64,000 bases of DNA from Octopus bimaculoides (taxonomy: Eukaryota). A program made the position numbers and the translations under genes. Position 1 is the first letter of the stretch. Each line of letters opens with the position of its first letter. The notes beneath the pieces were generated by a model. It was not told the DNA's origin. It worked only from the letters and a program-made list of their open reading frames with translations, and made no database searches. The stretch is taken from contig NC_068987.1 in the NCBI RefSeq assembly GCF_001194135.2, positions 100,793,030-100,857,029 of the forward strand, read 5' to 3'. This document shows positions 12,732-27,420 of the stretch, piece after piece.

Positions 12732-13957
12732 GGGTGTATTTGTTTGTGTGTTTACACAGCACAATGAGATAATTTATATGTGAAATTCTGGAAATATTTC
12801 TGAAGAAACTCAAACTGCTCTATTTTCAGGTTATTAACATAACAAAGCTGGACTTCGCAAATTTTTATTTTAATACATTTGTATTCAGTTTGAATGATTA
12901 TGCTGAAGTTAGACTAATAAAATTTTGGATGACTTATATGGACTGCAAGAATGTTACAAGCTAATTCAGAACACGCCTCACTCTCCAGATAGACGAATTA
13001 TCATTAGGACCAAAACACTGTTATTTTCTCTACACATCGAAAATTTCCGATTTTCATAATGGTTCGGTACAATGGAACGTCATTAACGCTTCGTTCATTA
13101 ATGATTATGTACCTTTGATCTCAACTTCTATCTACACATACAGTCAAATTTATGCTCAAAGTAACACATGACTGTGAAAGAGTATGCAGATGTATTTATG
13201 TGGATGTCTTGAAATGAGTAGATCACAATGATCAAGTCAGTTACATAAATCTGTGAACTAATGTATTAATAAATCAATATGTTCAACTCTACATCTGGAA
13301 GTACGTTCATATATTGAGTATTTTATTTATCTGGTGACTATACACACATACATATCTGGTGACTATACACACATACATACACACGCACGCACACACACAC
13401 ACACGAATACCATATGTACTTATACACACGTATAGGGTATTATAAATACAAACACAGGCATATATGTGTACACTCTATACAAACGTGTGCCATACATACA
13501 TACGTTCACAAACACACATCCAACACGCACACGCACACATACGCCACACACGTATACACAGACCGTCTATGCAATCTTCTGCCTTCCGAATAACCTAACT
13601 CTTCTATATGTCTCTCCAGCTATCGTCATTTATTTCCTGGCTGTGAAACCACACACGTGACTGTCTCTGCACTCCGCCTATTCCTCCTTTTTCTCGTCTC
13701 TTGACTTTCTTCTTCAATCCGATGGAGGGGCATGCTCAAAATGTCATATTTCTATTCCCGCTTTCCCAGCAAAATACCCACTGTGTACGCCCAGCTGATC
13801 TCCTCTATTTTTAGCCCTGGGAAGCTGCATTGCATCTTGTCCGCCTATGTGATGGTGGATTTTCATGGATAAATTAAATAAGTGTGGTCTATATATATAT
13901 ATATGTATGCATGTATGTATGTATATGTATATATATATGCATACATACATACGTATA

Positions 13958-14607
13958 NNNNNNNNNNNNNNNNNNNNNNNNNNNNNNNNNNNNNNNNNNN
14001 NNNNNNNNNNNNNNNNNNNNNNNNNNNNNNNNNNNNNNNNNNNNNNNNNNNNNNNNNNNNNNNNNNNNNNNNNNNNNNNNNNNNNNNNNNNNNNNNNNNN
14101 NNNNNNNNNNNNNNNNNNNNNNNNNNNNNNNNNNNNNNNNNNNNNNNNNNNNNNNNNNNNNNNNNNNNNNNNNNNNNNNNNNNNNNNNNNNNNNNNNNNN
14201 NNNNNNNNNNNNNNNNNNNNNNNNNNNNNNNNNNNNNNNNNNNNNNNNNNNNNNNNNNNNNNNNNNNNNNNNNNNNNNNNNNNNNNNNNNNNNNNNNNNN
14301 NNNNNNNNNNNNNNNNNNNNNNNNNNNNNNNNNNNNNNNNNNNNNNNNNNNNNNNNNNNNNNNNNNNNNNNNNNNNNNNNNNNNNNNNNNNNNNNNNNNN
14401 NNNNNNNNNNNNNNNNNNNNNNNNNNNNNNNNNNNNNNNNNNNNNNNNNNNNNNNNNNNNNNNNNNNNNNNNNNNNNNNNNNNNNNNNNNNNNNNNNNNN
14501 NNNNNNNNNNNNNNNNNNNNNNNNNNNNNNNNNNNNNNNNNNNNNNNNNNNNNNNNNNNNNNNNNNNNNNNNNNNNNNNNNNNNNNNNNNNNNNNNNNNN
14601 NNNNNNA
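13958..14607. other. Assembly gap (N run) between (TA)n tracts
   Basis: 650 N; one of about 18 gaps. Confidence 0.99.
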
Positions 14608-14631
14608 TATATATATATATATATAAATAGG

Positions 14632-14668
<37 letters not shown>

Positions 14669-15204
14669 ATGTGTGTGTGTGTGTGTTTCTGTCTCTGTTT
14701 GTCCCCCATAACATCGCTTGACAACTGATGCCACATACATACTATTCACTTATAAGATGAAGGATAATATCGGATAATGTTGCTGCCAATGCTCCATTAT
14801 ATATAAAACATATGGACCGCACACGGCTGAATTTTCATTCTTCAAAGATGCACGGGTTATATCAGCAACAAATATCTCTCCTCATCATCCTTCTCCCCTT
14901 CATTCTCATCATCACAAAACTTTGTCACCGTCTCCCTTGTCGTCGTCAGCATCATCATCAACGACAATGCCATAAACAACAGCAAAAACAAATTTCCACT
15001 CAGCGAGCTAATGCGTTAGCCATCGTTATCTGTCAGCCTTCTAGAAATAGCAACCGAACCGCCCTTAAATCACATTCTACCATCTTAGCAAACGATGAAA
15101 GACACAGAGTAGTCTTTGATACTGTCAATCATTTCCTTTATAAGATGTACAGTATGACTGAATATTATTAAAAATATATGCGCATACACAAGTACATAGC
15201 TATA

Positions 15205-15273
<69 letters not shown>

Positions 15274-15663
15274 GCAGAAAAAGGTACACCTACATATACG
15301 TATGCACGTACAAACATATATACATACATACGCACACACAATTCAGGTGACCTGCAGTACTAAACTAGAAAATATTCACTTTCATCTCCGCGGCTCTGCA
15401 TTTAAATCGCGTTTTGAAATAGATAGCAGTGATTCATAAGGTTTTGCGCATATGTTAGATATACCCAGCATTATTTAGATGTCAAAATATAGAAATTTCG
15501 CTTATTCGGTGTTCACAATATCATAATCGTTTCTATATTCATGCATTCAACTATTCATATATTTGAACTTACTTTCAGCAACAAGCTAACTGTACTACCC
15601 TGGTGAAAACTATTGCAAAAAAAGACAAGAAAAGAAAATGGTGAAAGGAGTCTAATCGATATA

Positions 15664-16506
15664 NNNNNNNNNNNNNNNNNNNNNNNNNNNNNNNNNNNNN
15701 NNNNNNNNNNNNNNNNNNNNNNNNNNNNNNNNNNNNNNNNNNNNNNNNNNNNNNNNNNNNNNNNNNNNNNNNNNNNNNNNNNNNNNNNNNNNNNNNNNNN
15801 NNNNNNNNNNNNNNNNNNNNNNNNNNNNNNNNNNNNNNNNNNNNNNNNNNNNNNNNNNNNNNNNNNNNNNNNNNNNNNNNNNNNNNNNNNNNNNNNNNNN
15901 NNNNNNNNNNNNNNNNNNNNNNNNNNNNNNNNNNNNNNNNNNNNNNNNNNNNNNNNNNNNNNNNNNNNNNNNNNNNNNNNNNNNNNNNNNNNNNNNNNNN
16001 NNNNNNNNNNNNNNNNNNNNNNNNNNNNNNNNNNNNNNNNNNNNNNNNNNNNNNNNNNNNNNNNNNNNNNNNNNNNNNNNNNNNNNNNNNNNNNNNNNNN
16101 NNNNNNNNNNNNNNNNNNNNNNNNNNNNNNNNNNNNNNNNNNNNNNNNNNNNNNNNNNNNNNNNNNNNNNNNNNNNNNNNNNNNNNNNNNNNNNNNNNNN
16201 NNNNNNNNNNNNNNNNNNNNNNNNNNNNNNNNNNNNNNNNNNNNNNNNNNNNNNNNNNNNNNNNNNNNNNNNNNNNNNNNNNNNNNNNNNNNNNNNNNNN
16301 NNNNNNNNNNNNNNNNNNNNNNNNNNNNNNNNNNNNNNNNNNNNNNNNNNNNNNNNNNNNNNNNNNNNNNNNNNNNNNNNNNNNNNNNNNNNNNNNNNNN
16401 NNNNNNNNNNNNNNNNNNNNNNNNNNNNNNNNNNNNNNNNNNNNNNNNNNNNNNNNNNNNNNNNNNNNNNNNNNNNNNNNNNNNNNNNNNNNNNNNNNNN
16501 NNNNNN
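15664..16506. other. Assembly gap (N run)
   Basis: 843 N followed by (ATT)n. Confidence 0.99.
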
Positions 16507-16592
16507 ATTATTATTATTATCATTATTATTATTATTATTATTAATATTATTATTATTATTATTATTATCATTATTATTATTATCATTATTAC

Positions 16593-16637
<45 letters not shown>

Positions 16638-16638
16638 C

Positions 16639-16700
<62 letters not shown>

Positions 16701-16715
16701 CATCATTATTATTAT
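16507..16715. repeat. (ATT)n/(ATC)n microsatellite
   Basis: About 200 bp run. Confidence 0.97.
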
Positions 16716-18092
16716 GTGTGTGTGTGTTTGTATGCAAACGTGGTATGTATATATCTATGTATGTATCCATATATGTATGTAAGCACGTATGTATTTATAT
16801 ACATGAAACATGATATGTTTTCCTTTAAATAACTACTACGTTTCCTTTACTGCTACTATTGTCTCTTTTAGTCTATTTGTTGCCATTGATTTTGCTGTTG
16901 TTTTTTTCTTACTCTCAAGCTTATTATGTAATTTATATTACTGTAGCGTAATTAATACTTTGCCGTATTCAATTCCATCCATTTATAACTGCATCCAAAT
17001 GCCGCCAAATCTGATTATATTTTCACTTGGAAACAAACGCTATACTTATATACACACGTACAGACCGCTTGCGCACGCACGCACACATACGCGCGCGCGC
17101 ACACACACACTCACGCACACACAAATGCGTATACAGGGAAAGACTGATAGAAGGACCGATGGTCGTCACAGGCATGTAATTTACTATATCTGAAATCCGA
17201 TTAACACAAATAGTTCTTTGCTAGCAGCTTCTTTCATTAATTCATTATTCATGCAATATGAAGCTTGTTTTGAAAAATATATATGTATGATACTGTATAC
17301 CAAACGTCCGTAGTATTTTTTCATTTATAGCTGTGATTTTTAATCAAATGCAATCTACAATATATGTGATTACATTATTCCTGCATCTTTCATACCGGAA
17401 ACCACTTTTAGAAATCTACGTAGTAAAATAAAATATAATGCTTATATATATAGATACACTCGTGGAAGTGCTCTTACTCATGACTATACGTTTTCCTTTG
17501 TACTACTAACTCCAAGCTGGCTCACTAAAATAATGCTGACTAAGTCATGCGTCAGTCTTCATTGTGAACTCCGTCAGCTAATAAACTGGATCACGCTAAA
17601 TTCCAATTCCCTGACCACAGAGATACCAGGCTTCCTCCGTCATATTTCGAATGTGCGATTTTAAAAGCCAGAGTGAAATTCTGTTATATCACATACCTTG
17701 TCATAAATATATGTACATAATAATGAAATAAATACAGCTGATATAGACATATATTACGGAAGACTAGAATGAAAACTGATACTATAGATTCGTACGATGC
17801 ATGCTGACACACAAAACCAATTATGACAAAAAGTTACAAATACTTTTATTTTCAAAATAAAGAAGAAATATAATGTAGCGATGAATGCCAAAACAATTAA
17901 ATGCTTGCGAGCAAGAGTATTTACAGCGAACTACCGGCAAAATTATTTAAATCAATATGTGCAAAAGCTAAAGAATCAAAAAATAATTTTCTCGTTAAAT
18001 AGATGCTCATGTTAAGCTCGTGAAAAAATGTCAAAGTCTAATGTTTAGCAACGATTAGCATTTATTGTTTAATACTTAGCATATACTAATAT

Positions 18093-18275
18093 GGCGAGTT
18101 GGCAGAATCGTTAGCAAGCTTGCTAAAATATTTAGCAGCATTTGTGACTCGAACCTCCGCCGAGCTTGACTTTACCATTAATAGTTTCGGAGTCGTCAAA
18201 TAAGCACGAATTAAAAACTAATCGACTTGACTCGCTTTCAAATTTGCCGGTCTCGTGTCAAAATTTGAAATCAGT
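18093..18275 (+). mobile_element. tRNA-derived SINE (octopus OK/OR-like family), diverged
   Basis: Head ggcgagttggcagaatcgttagca and body ccgccgagcttgactttacc, homologous to the copies at 20425, 52462, 58890 and 62613. Confidence 0.7.
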
Positions 18276-18789
18276 ATTTAACATATACCATTAGAATATT
18301 TCAAAGAAGGGCAACTATAGACTGGAAGAGTAAAAATGCTCATAAATTGACAGAAGGCACTTACCGACAATGCACTAAGTAAACTCCAAAAGCAGAAAAT
18401 GAGAGAAGCATAGGAATTTAACTAACAATAACATTTTAACAAAAATGTAGACTGCTTCCCCAAAATTATAATGTTGTTGAGATCCAAGTTCAATCATATT
18501 GCGGTTAACCTATGACCAAAGGTATTCTAGCCTCATCGTCTAGTCTTTCTTTCATGTGCAGTACAACCTTGAATAATGTACATTTTTAAAGACTGTAGAT
18601 TTGAAAGAATATTTGGAGGCTACTGTTTTCCTCTCGTTAACTCCAAAGCAAGAATGTGTTTCATATGGTATGAAGTGGTTCGGAATAGATTAATACAGCA
18701 TTATCTACAACGGTGATCTGTAAATATTAGCTGTAAGTGAGGTGTCAGAAGCAACAAACAAGCACAACAAGGATTATTCTATGTCATCC

Positions 18790-20290
18790 TATTATTATTA
18801 TCATATCTGACATAGCCATATTCTTACTGTCAGTGTCAGTTATATATCAGATATTCCTCTGTCGTGATCTAAGGAGGTGTAGTCCTTTCAATTAATGAGA
18901 TTTTGCAGACACTCTTTGAACTGAGAAGTAATACCTTTTTCTGGGTGTGTTATATTTTCGTTTCACATTCATCTTTTCCTAACACTTTTTAATTTCTTTC
19001 CACACAGAACTTAGGGCACCAAGAATAGTTGGCGCAATAGGTACAATTTTCATTGGCCGTAGCATCTTGATATCTCTCCTTAGAACTTCAGATTTCGTCA
19101 TTTCTTCACTTTCGTTTATAACGATTTTACTGCACACAGAGGAAGAGGTGTCTAAGCTTGCCTTCCAACACAATAGCAGGATTCCGAGATTCGATTCTAT
19201 GATTACACTGTATCATGAACCCACTCGAAAGAATGTTCGCTTTTACCACACACATTGACTTCTGTTCGCATTATTTTCTCGGTTTCTCAAGTTCAGACAT
19301 GCTAAATAGTTCCCAATGAACAATTCTAGCGGCATCGTTGTCATGACTTTTTTTTTTTAATATCTATCATCCAATTCGGTGCATTCACTTAAAATATGCC
19401 AAACTGTCTCAAGTTTCACAACACATTCTTCAATCATCAGATTTAAGGCCTGTTTTTTTTTTTTTTAGTAATTGTTGTAACTACTCCCATTTTGCCTTAG
19501 GATCTATGTTCCTTGCTAAATCTCTAAAGAACTGACCGCCAATCGTTCCATTTGCTTTCTCACTTTGTTTTCTGTCTGTATTTTGTAGCTCATCTTATCC
19601 TGTTTTCGTTTTTTTTGTGTGTGTGTGTGTAATAAACCTACTTCCCTTAATTGTACAAATAGTATTTTGCTTGTTTTTTTTTGTTTTTTTTATACGAAGC
19701 AATATCGTTTCCTTCTGACTAAACGGAATTTTTATAACTTATCAGTCCTCATCTTCCTTTCTTTCTTGTTGGGAGGAGCTGGTCAAAATCATGTATGGTG
19801 TGGTATGCACCGTGGTTAATCGGCAGTCTCTTTGTATGTTTTTTTTTTAAAGCTTGCAGTTCCGATAGATCCATAGCTAAAGAGAGTGATCACCCATGGA
19901 TTTATTGCTCAGAACGTATTCAGTTAGTCTTCAAATTAGTCTCATTATTCAGTAATACTCCTGAAAGCATCTTCTTCATTTGGCTTTCCATCAATTTGTC
20001 TAATTCAAATGTTCCCAGATATGTGTATTCATCTTTCGTTAATTCACTTCACCAACTCCTTCCCAAGGCAATGTCGCAGAACTAACTCGTTTGACCTTAC
20101 TTCTTTTTAGAATCAACACGCCATACTTCTTCGCCCCGATTCGATCTAATATCCGCAGTAAAATAATGCAATGTATATGAATCAATGAAACCAGCTGTTG
20201 ATGTTCGTCTGTTACAAGTCTTCCGAAAAGGAATTGATCTTTTCATTCTTTGATCACATACCCAGCTTTTATCTTTCTGAAAACGAAAGG
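18790..20290 (-). mobile_element. R4/Dong-clade LINE remnant (post-RT region to REL endonuclease)
   Basis: KKYGVLILKR; EYTYLGTFELDKLMESQMKK; GGQFFRDLARNIDPK; RHDNDAARIVHWELF; RRDIKMLRPMKIVPIAPTILGALSSVWK. Confidence 0.8.
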
Positions 20291-20424
20291 TATCATCACC
20301 ACTACCAGCATCACCGCCGCCGCCGCCGCAGTCGTCGTCGTCGTCGTCGTCGTCGTCATCATCATCATTAAATTTATTATTAATATTATTGGTGAGTTTT
20401 TTTTTGTTATTATTTTAAATTCTT

Positions 20425-20640
20425 AAGGTTGCGAGCTGATAGAATCGTTAGCACGCCGGACGAGATTCTTCGCGATATTTCGCCTGTCGCTACGTTTTTT
20501 TTTTTTAGTTCAAATTCCGCGGAGATCGACTTTGCCTTTCATTCTTTTGAATTCGATAACACAAGTACCAGACGAACACTGGGGTCGATGACATAGATTC
20601 ATCTCCACCTCCCCCAAGCTGCCCTTGTTGCAAAAATTTG
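20425..20640 (+). mobile_element. tRNA-derived SINE (OK/OR-like)
   Basis: aaggttgcgagctgatagaatcgttagcacgccgg...agttcaaattccgcggagatcgactttgcctttcatt, with A-box-like and B-box-like motifs. Confidence 0.85.
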
Positions 20641-20698
20641 TAATAGGTATCATTATTATTCTTAGTATTATTGGTGTTTTGTTCTTGCTGTTGCTATG

Positions 20699-20742
<44 letters not shown>

Positions 20743-20779
20743 TATCATCCGAATCATCATCATTATTATTATCAATATG

Positions 20780-22760
20780 GTGCTTGGTGAATATGCATAC
20801 GATGATATGGAAGCAAACAGTTGTAAAATAATTTCACTGTCTTGACAACGGGATGACTCGTAGAAATGAAGCCGCTCAAAGATTCAAAGATTAAAATACT
20901 CTCTATTTCTACTCTATAAAGAAAATATAATGCGTTATACAAGAGAGAAACCACACAGTTGGAAACCTTGAAAGCACCGGCTCGAAGATTCAGAATAGTA
21001 ACATTGTACCACGACGCCATACAAGAGAAAACAAAATTGAATAACAACCACTAAATTCATGTTAAAACAAGAAACAGATTTAAGAGAATTTGTTGAAACG
21101 CAGACTTTGAACTATTTAGATTTAATAAACCACACATATTCTGGAACTGAAAGATGACAGAAACAATTAGGGAGGAATATTATAAACGCATTACATTAAT
21201 ATTTAAATCTAAACTAAGTGCAGAAAAATAGCCATATATATCAATATATAACTATTACTTTAACTGCTCTAGTAGCAAGTTATAGTTATAATATTCTCCA
21301 CTGAAAACTAAGTGAATTAGCACGACTAGACAGGGAAAATGAAAATGAAATCGAGATTTAGAAAATACGTCACACAAAGGCCGACATTAAATGACCTTAA
21401 ACCACAAAGAGAGGAGGCTTCGTTTCAATTTGTCACTATGTACACGACTTTACATATGATATGTGCGTGTGTGCGTGTCTGTGTGTCTGTATGTTTGCGT
21501 ATGTTTGTGTATGTGTGTGTGCAGGTGTTTGCGCGTGTGTGTGTGTATTTAGAAAGAGAGAGAGAAGAGAGGGATACTGTGAAATTAAATATAACTCATA
21601 GAAAGAATACGTACACGAAATTATAATAGTAGGCTATTGTAAAACATCAGCTTGAGAACTCAAAAGATACCTAGTTGAGAACAATAGGAAATTAATGTGA
21701 TCACGTATAAAAGTTGAAAGGAAAAAGTAATTCTCTACTTTTGAAAGATAATGTTTATGTTAAGATACAGTTGTGACAAAGAGCTAGGAAAAACAAAATG
21801 TTAAATACTCAAAATCTAAATTGTTCGTATGGCGTTGGTAGAACAAAATTCATCCCATTGTCGAAGAAGACTTAACAAAGGGAATAATTATAATTGAAAA
21901 TGAAATTAATCGTTGGTATTGGGACGTAAATTGGAGCCCATATGATTTTAGCCTGTAACATAAAAGAAAATTATGTCCTCAAATCATTGAGTTTGTGTAG
22001 GGGTAATTAGTCACATTGATTCTAGCCATGTAATGTTGGAAAAAAAAACACTCAATATATGGCAGGTATTGGAGTTTTATATACTTCTATGTTAGCACTC
22101 AAGAATTAGGCCTTCAAAAGAGATTTTACAAATACACACGAGAAATCATTTCACTAAATTTTAAGCACTACATTCTGGGATATGAAGATTTACAAAAGCT
22201 AGAATATTACAGCAAATATTTCTTGAAATCACAGAGAAGAAAATGAAAGATCACAATAAAGAGAAATATCTCTCAATTGATGCATTAGTTACAACTGACA
22301 ATAATATGTGTGTAAGCTAAATGGAAAGTCTGTTCAAAATATATAGACCATAATGTCTAGATTACAGCTAACCTCTTCAGATATTACTATCTTAAACTTC
22401 AAAAGAATGTTACGCTTCTTAATCAATGCAACATTTTCTAAGACACGATTGTACCTGGGTAAAAGAAATGTAGAGACTGTCCAAAATAGAAAGGCCTGGA
22501 AATGGAGATAGCAAGCCGGTTTGGATTTAAAACAGCATCAATCTCCAAAAGACGTTATACACTAGGTCTAATAAAAAGAAATGAAAAACATGTATAACAA
22601 AACGACCCTACCCACATATACAGAAAATATAACAATTTTGAATCGTACATATTACACAGAAAACACTTTCAACTCATTATAAAAATAAAGGCTAAACACT
22701 GAACATTCGAAAGCCTAGCTACTACCTATAGGAATGTAACATGTATAGTATTAAATTACT
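20780..22760 (+). mobile_element. Highly decayed R4/Dong LINE remnant
   Basis: EEYYKRITLIFKSKLSAEK (about 21175), ELARLDRE..HTKADIK (about 21315-21390), and a weak REL C-terminus near 22300-22740. Interrupted by (TG)/(GA) repeats. Confidence 0.5.
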
Positions 22761-23079
22761 TTATCACATTAACATTATCGGCATTAATAATATTATAAAC
22801 CGGCTGGAGAGTTAGGCAAAGGACGAGATAATATCAATACTCTCACTTGGTCACACTTGGGAATCTTGCAGGCAAGCACAATGAGTTGCCTTGAAGGGCA
22901 CAACTGAGAATGTATCTGAAAACTGTACCCAAAATTGTGGGCGAAGAAAATGGATGGATAGGTGGATTGGATGGATGGGTGGATAATATCATTATACTTT
23001 CTACACAAGCTCATGATCTTCTTCTGTACCAGCAGTTAGATCTCTTTATTTCCGAAATTAGTGCAGCGTTGTCTTTGAG

Positions 23080-23830
23080 AAATGCGAGTGTGTCTATGCT
23101 ATAATTGTTCTGATTTGTTGAGTTGATTTTGTTTTCTTATTTTTTGTTGTACTTTAACCTATCCATGTATAGGCTAAAGGGAATCTATAGATACTTTTGT
23201 TTCTAATACCTTTGAGAATGGTTGTTTTACATATTTCTCTCAATTGATCTGTCTGTTATAATGTTCTGTGATAATTGTGTAGAATTTGTTATATAGACCT
23301 TTATGGTGTGTAGTTTATATAATGTTGTGTAGCAGTTATGTATAATATCAATTCTGTAATTACGGGTCTGTGTGGACGAGTTATAGTCTCATAATCTGTT
23401 AGGTAAATTATGGGACGTTGCCCTCCTTTTAATATATGGTCTTATTAATTATGTCTGGTGTACAATTTTTTTTTTCATATTGTTCCAATTAGATATTTGT
23501 TCTTCGTTTGTGTTTCTAATTAGAAATGTACGTGATGCATAGCTGAATTGCTTTCCTATATTTTATTCTTTTATCAAGTTAGATTGTCCGTTAGTTAGTC
23601 AGTATAGACATGTACCAGATAAGAGTAATCATATCACTTTCGTGTACTGTGTATATATTTCGTAACATGTCTCAATTGTCATACTGAAATGTCAGTAATT
23701 TTGTCAATACACCTAGCTAACTCAATGTTGACTCAGCATACATTGACTAGATGGGATTAATCGATGTAGGCAATCATACTAATAGAACAGTATTCATTTA
23801 AGTTTAGCCTCTAATTTCATTATTATATTC
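23080..23830 (-). mobile_element. Highly decayed R4/Dong LINE N-terminal region
   Basis: Weak motif ITELILYITATQ resembling the R4 'ITETNELIY' block, with strand skew like neighbouring copies. Confidence 0.35.
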
Positions 23831-24559
23831 TTATAGCATGTTACGTAGTTAGCAATTATTTTTTTTACTGGTATAGATTAGATTACATCTTTATTCTGGT
23901 ATTCTTACACACAATCAAATTTTTCTTCTATAATGAATTGAAGGTGAAGTTGTTCTTTTTTTTTTTTCGAATTTCATTTTCATATTTCATTTTATCCTCG
24001 ATCGAAATATTTTCATTTTCGCTAAATTATAGTTAGCAATATATTATTTTCTTACATTCTTTTCTTATACATGCATCCTTATAAAACAAATAAATTTCTC
24101 ATTGCTTAATTCTATGTATTTTTCTACTTCAACAATCGTTACTTTGTATACTTTTCTGTTCATATTAAAGTCGCTTCAATATATATGGAGTTGTTATATC
24201 GAATTCCATTCGTCTTTATGATAGCTGCATTCAAAGTTGACAATTTTCGTGTCTGAACCCTCAAATTCAATGAATTACAGACCTTTATTTTGAGGTAACA
24301 CCTTATAACTGGGACGACTAATAGGTTCTTACATCTAAGAGTTCAATGTTCAATGGGTATATAAGTACAGTTCAGCTTGAGTGTCCACGTTGGGCTTAGC
24401 GGCAATTTCTCCCTCTTTCCTTTATGAGTTCAGATGCCACTTAGGTCAACTTAGCCTTCCGTTTGTCCTGCCATGGAGTCTATGAAATCTGCAGTTTCCC
24501 TTGTTTTCTTTCTGCACCCGTTCTGAACTCCCTGATAATAGGTTTCCTATCTCCGGAAA

Positions 24560-25640
24560 GCAGTACCTTTCATATATGAGGCCAGTTAATAACTACTAGA
24601 GTAATTGTAAACACACAATAGGTCTGTAATTACTGACATCTAGTTTTTCTTTGTCTTTCTGCAACAGCACTGTTATTTACTTTGCAATCTATTTTGGTGT
24701 ACCTTTGTCTATACAGTCAGTAAGGAACAGCTTTATGCTTGAAACGATTTAAATATAGAATTCGCGAACACCATCTGGTTCTATGGCTTTCCAGCTTGGT
24801 ATTTTCGGGAATATCTCTTCGAATTCCTCATCTGTAATATTTGTACTTTCTCGTTTCGATCTATTTTCCATCTCACTTTGAAACTTCTATAACAAGTCTG
24901 TGTTATGTTTGACCCTCTATGCTCCAAATATCTGACTCAAAGCTCATTGATATTTCAGTACCTAGCACATCATTCCACCGATCTTCGTTTTTATTGTTAG
25001 TAAAATGTATTTTCAATATTTCTGAGCAGAGCTTTTTTCTGTCGGTACGGTATTGGTTCATTCACTACTGGTAACTAGTTTTGTCGTTTTGTTTACCTTA
25101 TAATTCCTTAATGTTTGCCTTATCTTTATCTTATCTATTTGTCATTCAATCTCTGTAATTTTGTATTTTCATTGGAGCTCATTTCTCTGCCTTTTGCTTC
25201 ATCGTTTTCTTTTCAGTTATTGTATGTATCTTTACAAGATCCCGTTTGGTCAAAGGTATACATTATTATTGCTTAAATCATAAACCGGTAGCAATACTAA
25301 TTAGTATAATTCGGATAGTGGGTTTCTCTCTTGGGTTCATCTGCCCACTGACCAGTTTTTTTTTTTTTTACGTTTCTACAAAATGTCCACAAAAAAATTA
25401 TGGTCAATTCCAGAATACTTACCGGGTAAGGCAAAGTGTTTCGCGGTATCCCTTTCAGATTTCTACTCTCAAATTCATTCCATTCCATTAGGTTGGAAAT
25501 TTAAACTAGCATCCAAATACAAGGTTATACATAATCTATTTGGGCTCTCGCATCTAAGGTGCTGCGCTTGTACCGAAATGAAAAAGAATAATAATCATTA
25601 TTATCAATTTTCTACCAGTTCTTTACATTCTCATCTCTAA
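24560..25640 (-). mobile_element. R4/Dong LINE remnant (pre-RT region and RT N-terminus)
   Basis: RNLKGIPRNTL; ITDEEFEEIFPKIPSWKAIEPDGVREFY; VLLQKDKEKLDVSNYRPIVCLQLL. Confidence 0.7.
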
Positions 25641-26419
25641 TCCCGACCAGGTTAACTTTGCATATCATCTTTTTGCGGTCGAAAAAATAAAGTATCAATG
25701 AAGCACTGCGGGTAATATAATCTACAAAACACCTCCCCAAAACTCTCTGGGATTATGCCCAAATTGAAATTAAAATTATCATTATTATTATTGTAGTAGT
25801 CTCTATGCTTACTGCTGTTTTTGCGCTGCAACTTCTTCTGCTAACGCAGTTGTTTTGTAGATCGCAAACGGTGACAATACCGAATGATTCATGTCTTTAA
25901 GATTTAGTGACAACAATTACGTTCAATTGTCAAGGGTCTTGTCCAGTATTTCTGTATAATTGAGGATGACAACTCCTCTAACTATGTCTTAATTTCAATG
26001 ATTTTCATTTGTATTAGCGGCTATACCTTCTTTTACTCTGCACTCCAATAACACAGATGGTTTCAACTCCAGAATCTTCTCAGTCTTCCACTTATGTTCA
26101 GAAAGGCTTCTGTTTCGTTTACTTCGACTTCACTATCGAGTGGTGTACCAAAGTAATTATCTTTTGTATTTTGTGCTTTATTCTCTTTTACGACATTATA
26201 TCGTCTCTGTCATTCAAGAGAATGGTTAGTTTCAGCAGAGAAATAATCCCACAGGATATTATAATAGTCATTTTCAATTAGCGCTTGAGTCTTATGATAG
26301 GAACATTTTTATATACTTGGAATCTAAATTTTCATCTAACCTCCCACTTTATAGCTCACCCATCACGTCATGTCAGCTTTTGTATTACTGTTCAGTAATC
26401 TCACTTGATACACAAAGTA

Positions 26420-27140
26420 AATCGTTCATATTTCTACTTAATATGACACACATCCATTACTTACGGTCTTGCTGGCGTTTGTCAAAACTTGTTTCTAAGG
26501 AATTTGTTCTAAACGCTTGTTCTTATATAGCCAGACGTTTTTCTTCATACTTGTCTATTTTCCCATTTTCCAGCAAAACAAAGGTTCTTTTTTAACGATA
26601 TCTGTTTTGTATGCCAACATGGTTATTTATCCATGAACGTTGATTTTTTTTCTTGTTACACTCATGTTATTTTACTTCCTTTTCTTTATTTTATTTCTTT
26701 ATTGTTTTGGCAAACTTTTCCTGCTGTTTTCACCATCAATCAGCCTACCTGCTTTTAGGTTTGCTTCATATTTCTAATTATTCATATATCATTCTATAAT
26801 TATTAAACTTGATTTAAGAGTTACTTCATGCAGTACTCATCTTTCTATATTTGATATATGTATCTGCCATGAATGCTTCTGGTCAACAAAACAAAAAATA
26901 TGCATTATAAACTATGTTGCCTGTCTATACATTTCAATTATGATTGCTTTTTCTCACTAAGTCATCGTAATATATCGCAAAATATATATTGTCCGTATGT
27001 TTGATTTCTTAATATAAGTCCCTCTTCTTTTGCCCGCACATCCTTTTATATTCCATCTCCAGTTTACCCTTTTTCAGTCTGAACTCCATGTATTTCTTCA
27101 CTCTCTCACATCAATTATCACTGTTCTTTGTTATTCTGGG
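26420..27140 (-). mobile_element. R4/Dong LINE remnant (RT C-terminus to CCHC-proximal region)
   Basis: LLENGKIDKYEEKRLAI*EQAFRTNSLETSFDKRQQD resembles WLxNGDLKKETExxIxAAQEQALRTN. Confidence 0.55.
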
Positions 27141-27420
27141 AGGTTTATAACCTCACTACTAACATTATAATCAGAGAACAACAATAATACGCATTGGAGA
27201 TAATACTGGATGAGGCGCACGTAACGAGCATCCAGTTGTATCCTAATTTCATTCACCGTTGGCAGGACCACTTTTTATTCACAGTCTTTGACGTGAATTC
27301 AGTTGATGTCTTGGTTTCTCTTCCTATAGGTATGTTCACAGGTGCTTCCCTGCTTTTTTGACTCAGGCACAATATTAGGGGATTTAGACATGACTCACAC
27401 TTCTATCACTCACTCGTATA

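Noticed and set aside
13700-13875. GC-richer island next to a gap
   Set aside because: Likely a repeat fragment; unclassifiable by eye.
19380-19445. ctgatga...gaaac on the minus strand
   Set aside because: Lies in LINE zinc-knuckle coding sequence; no helix II and no GUH site.
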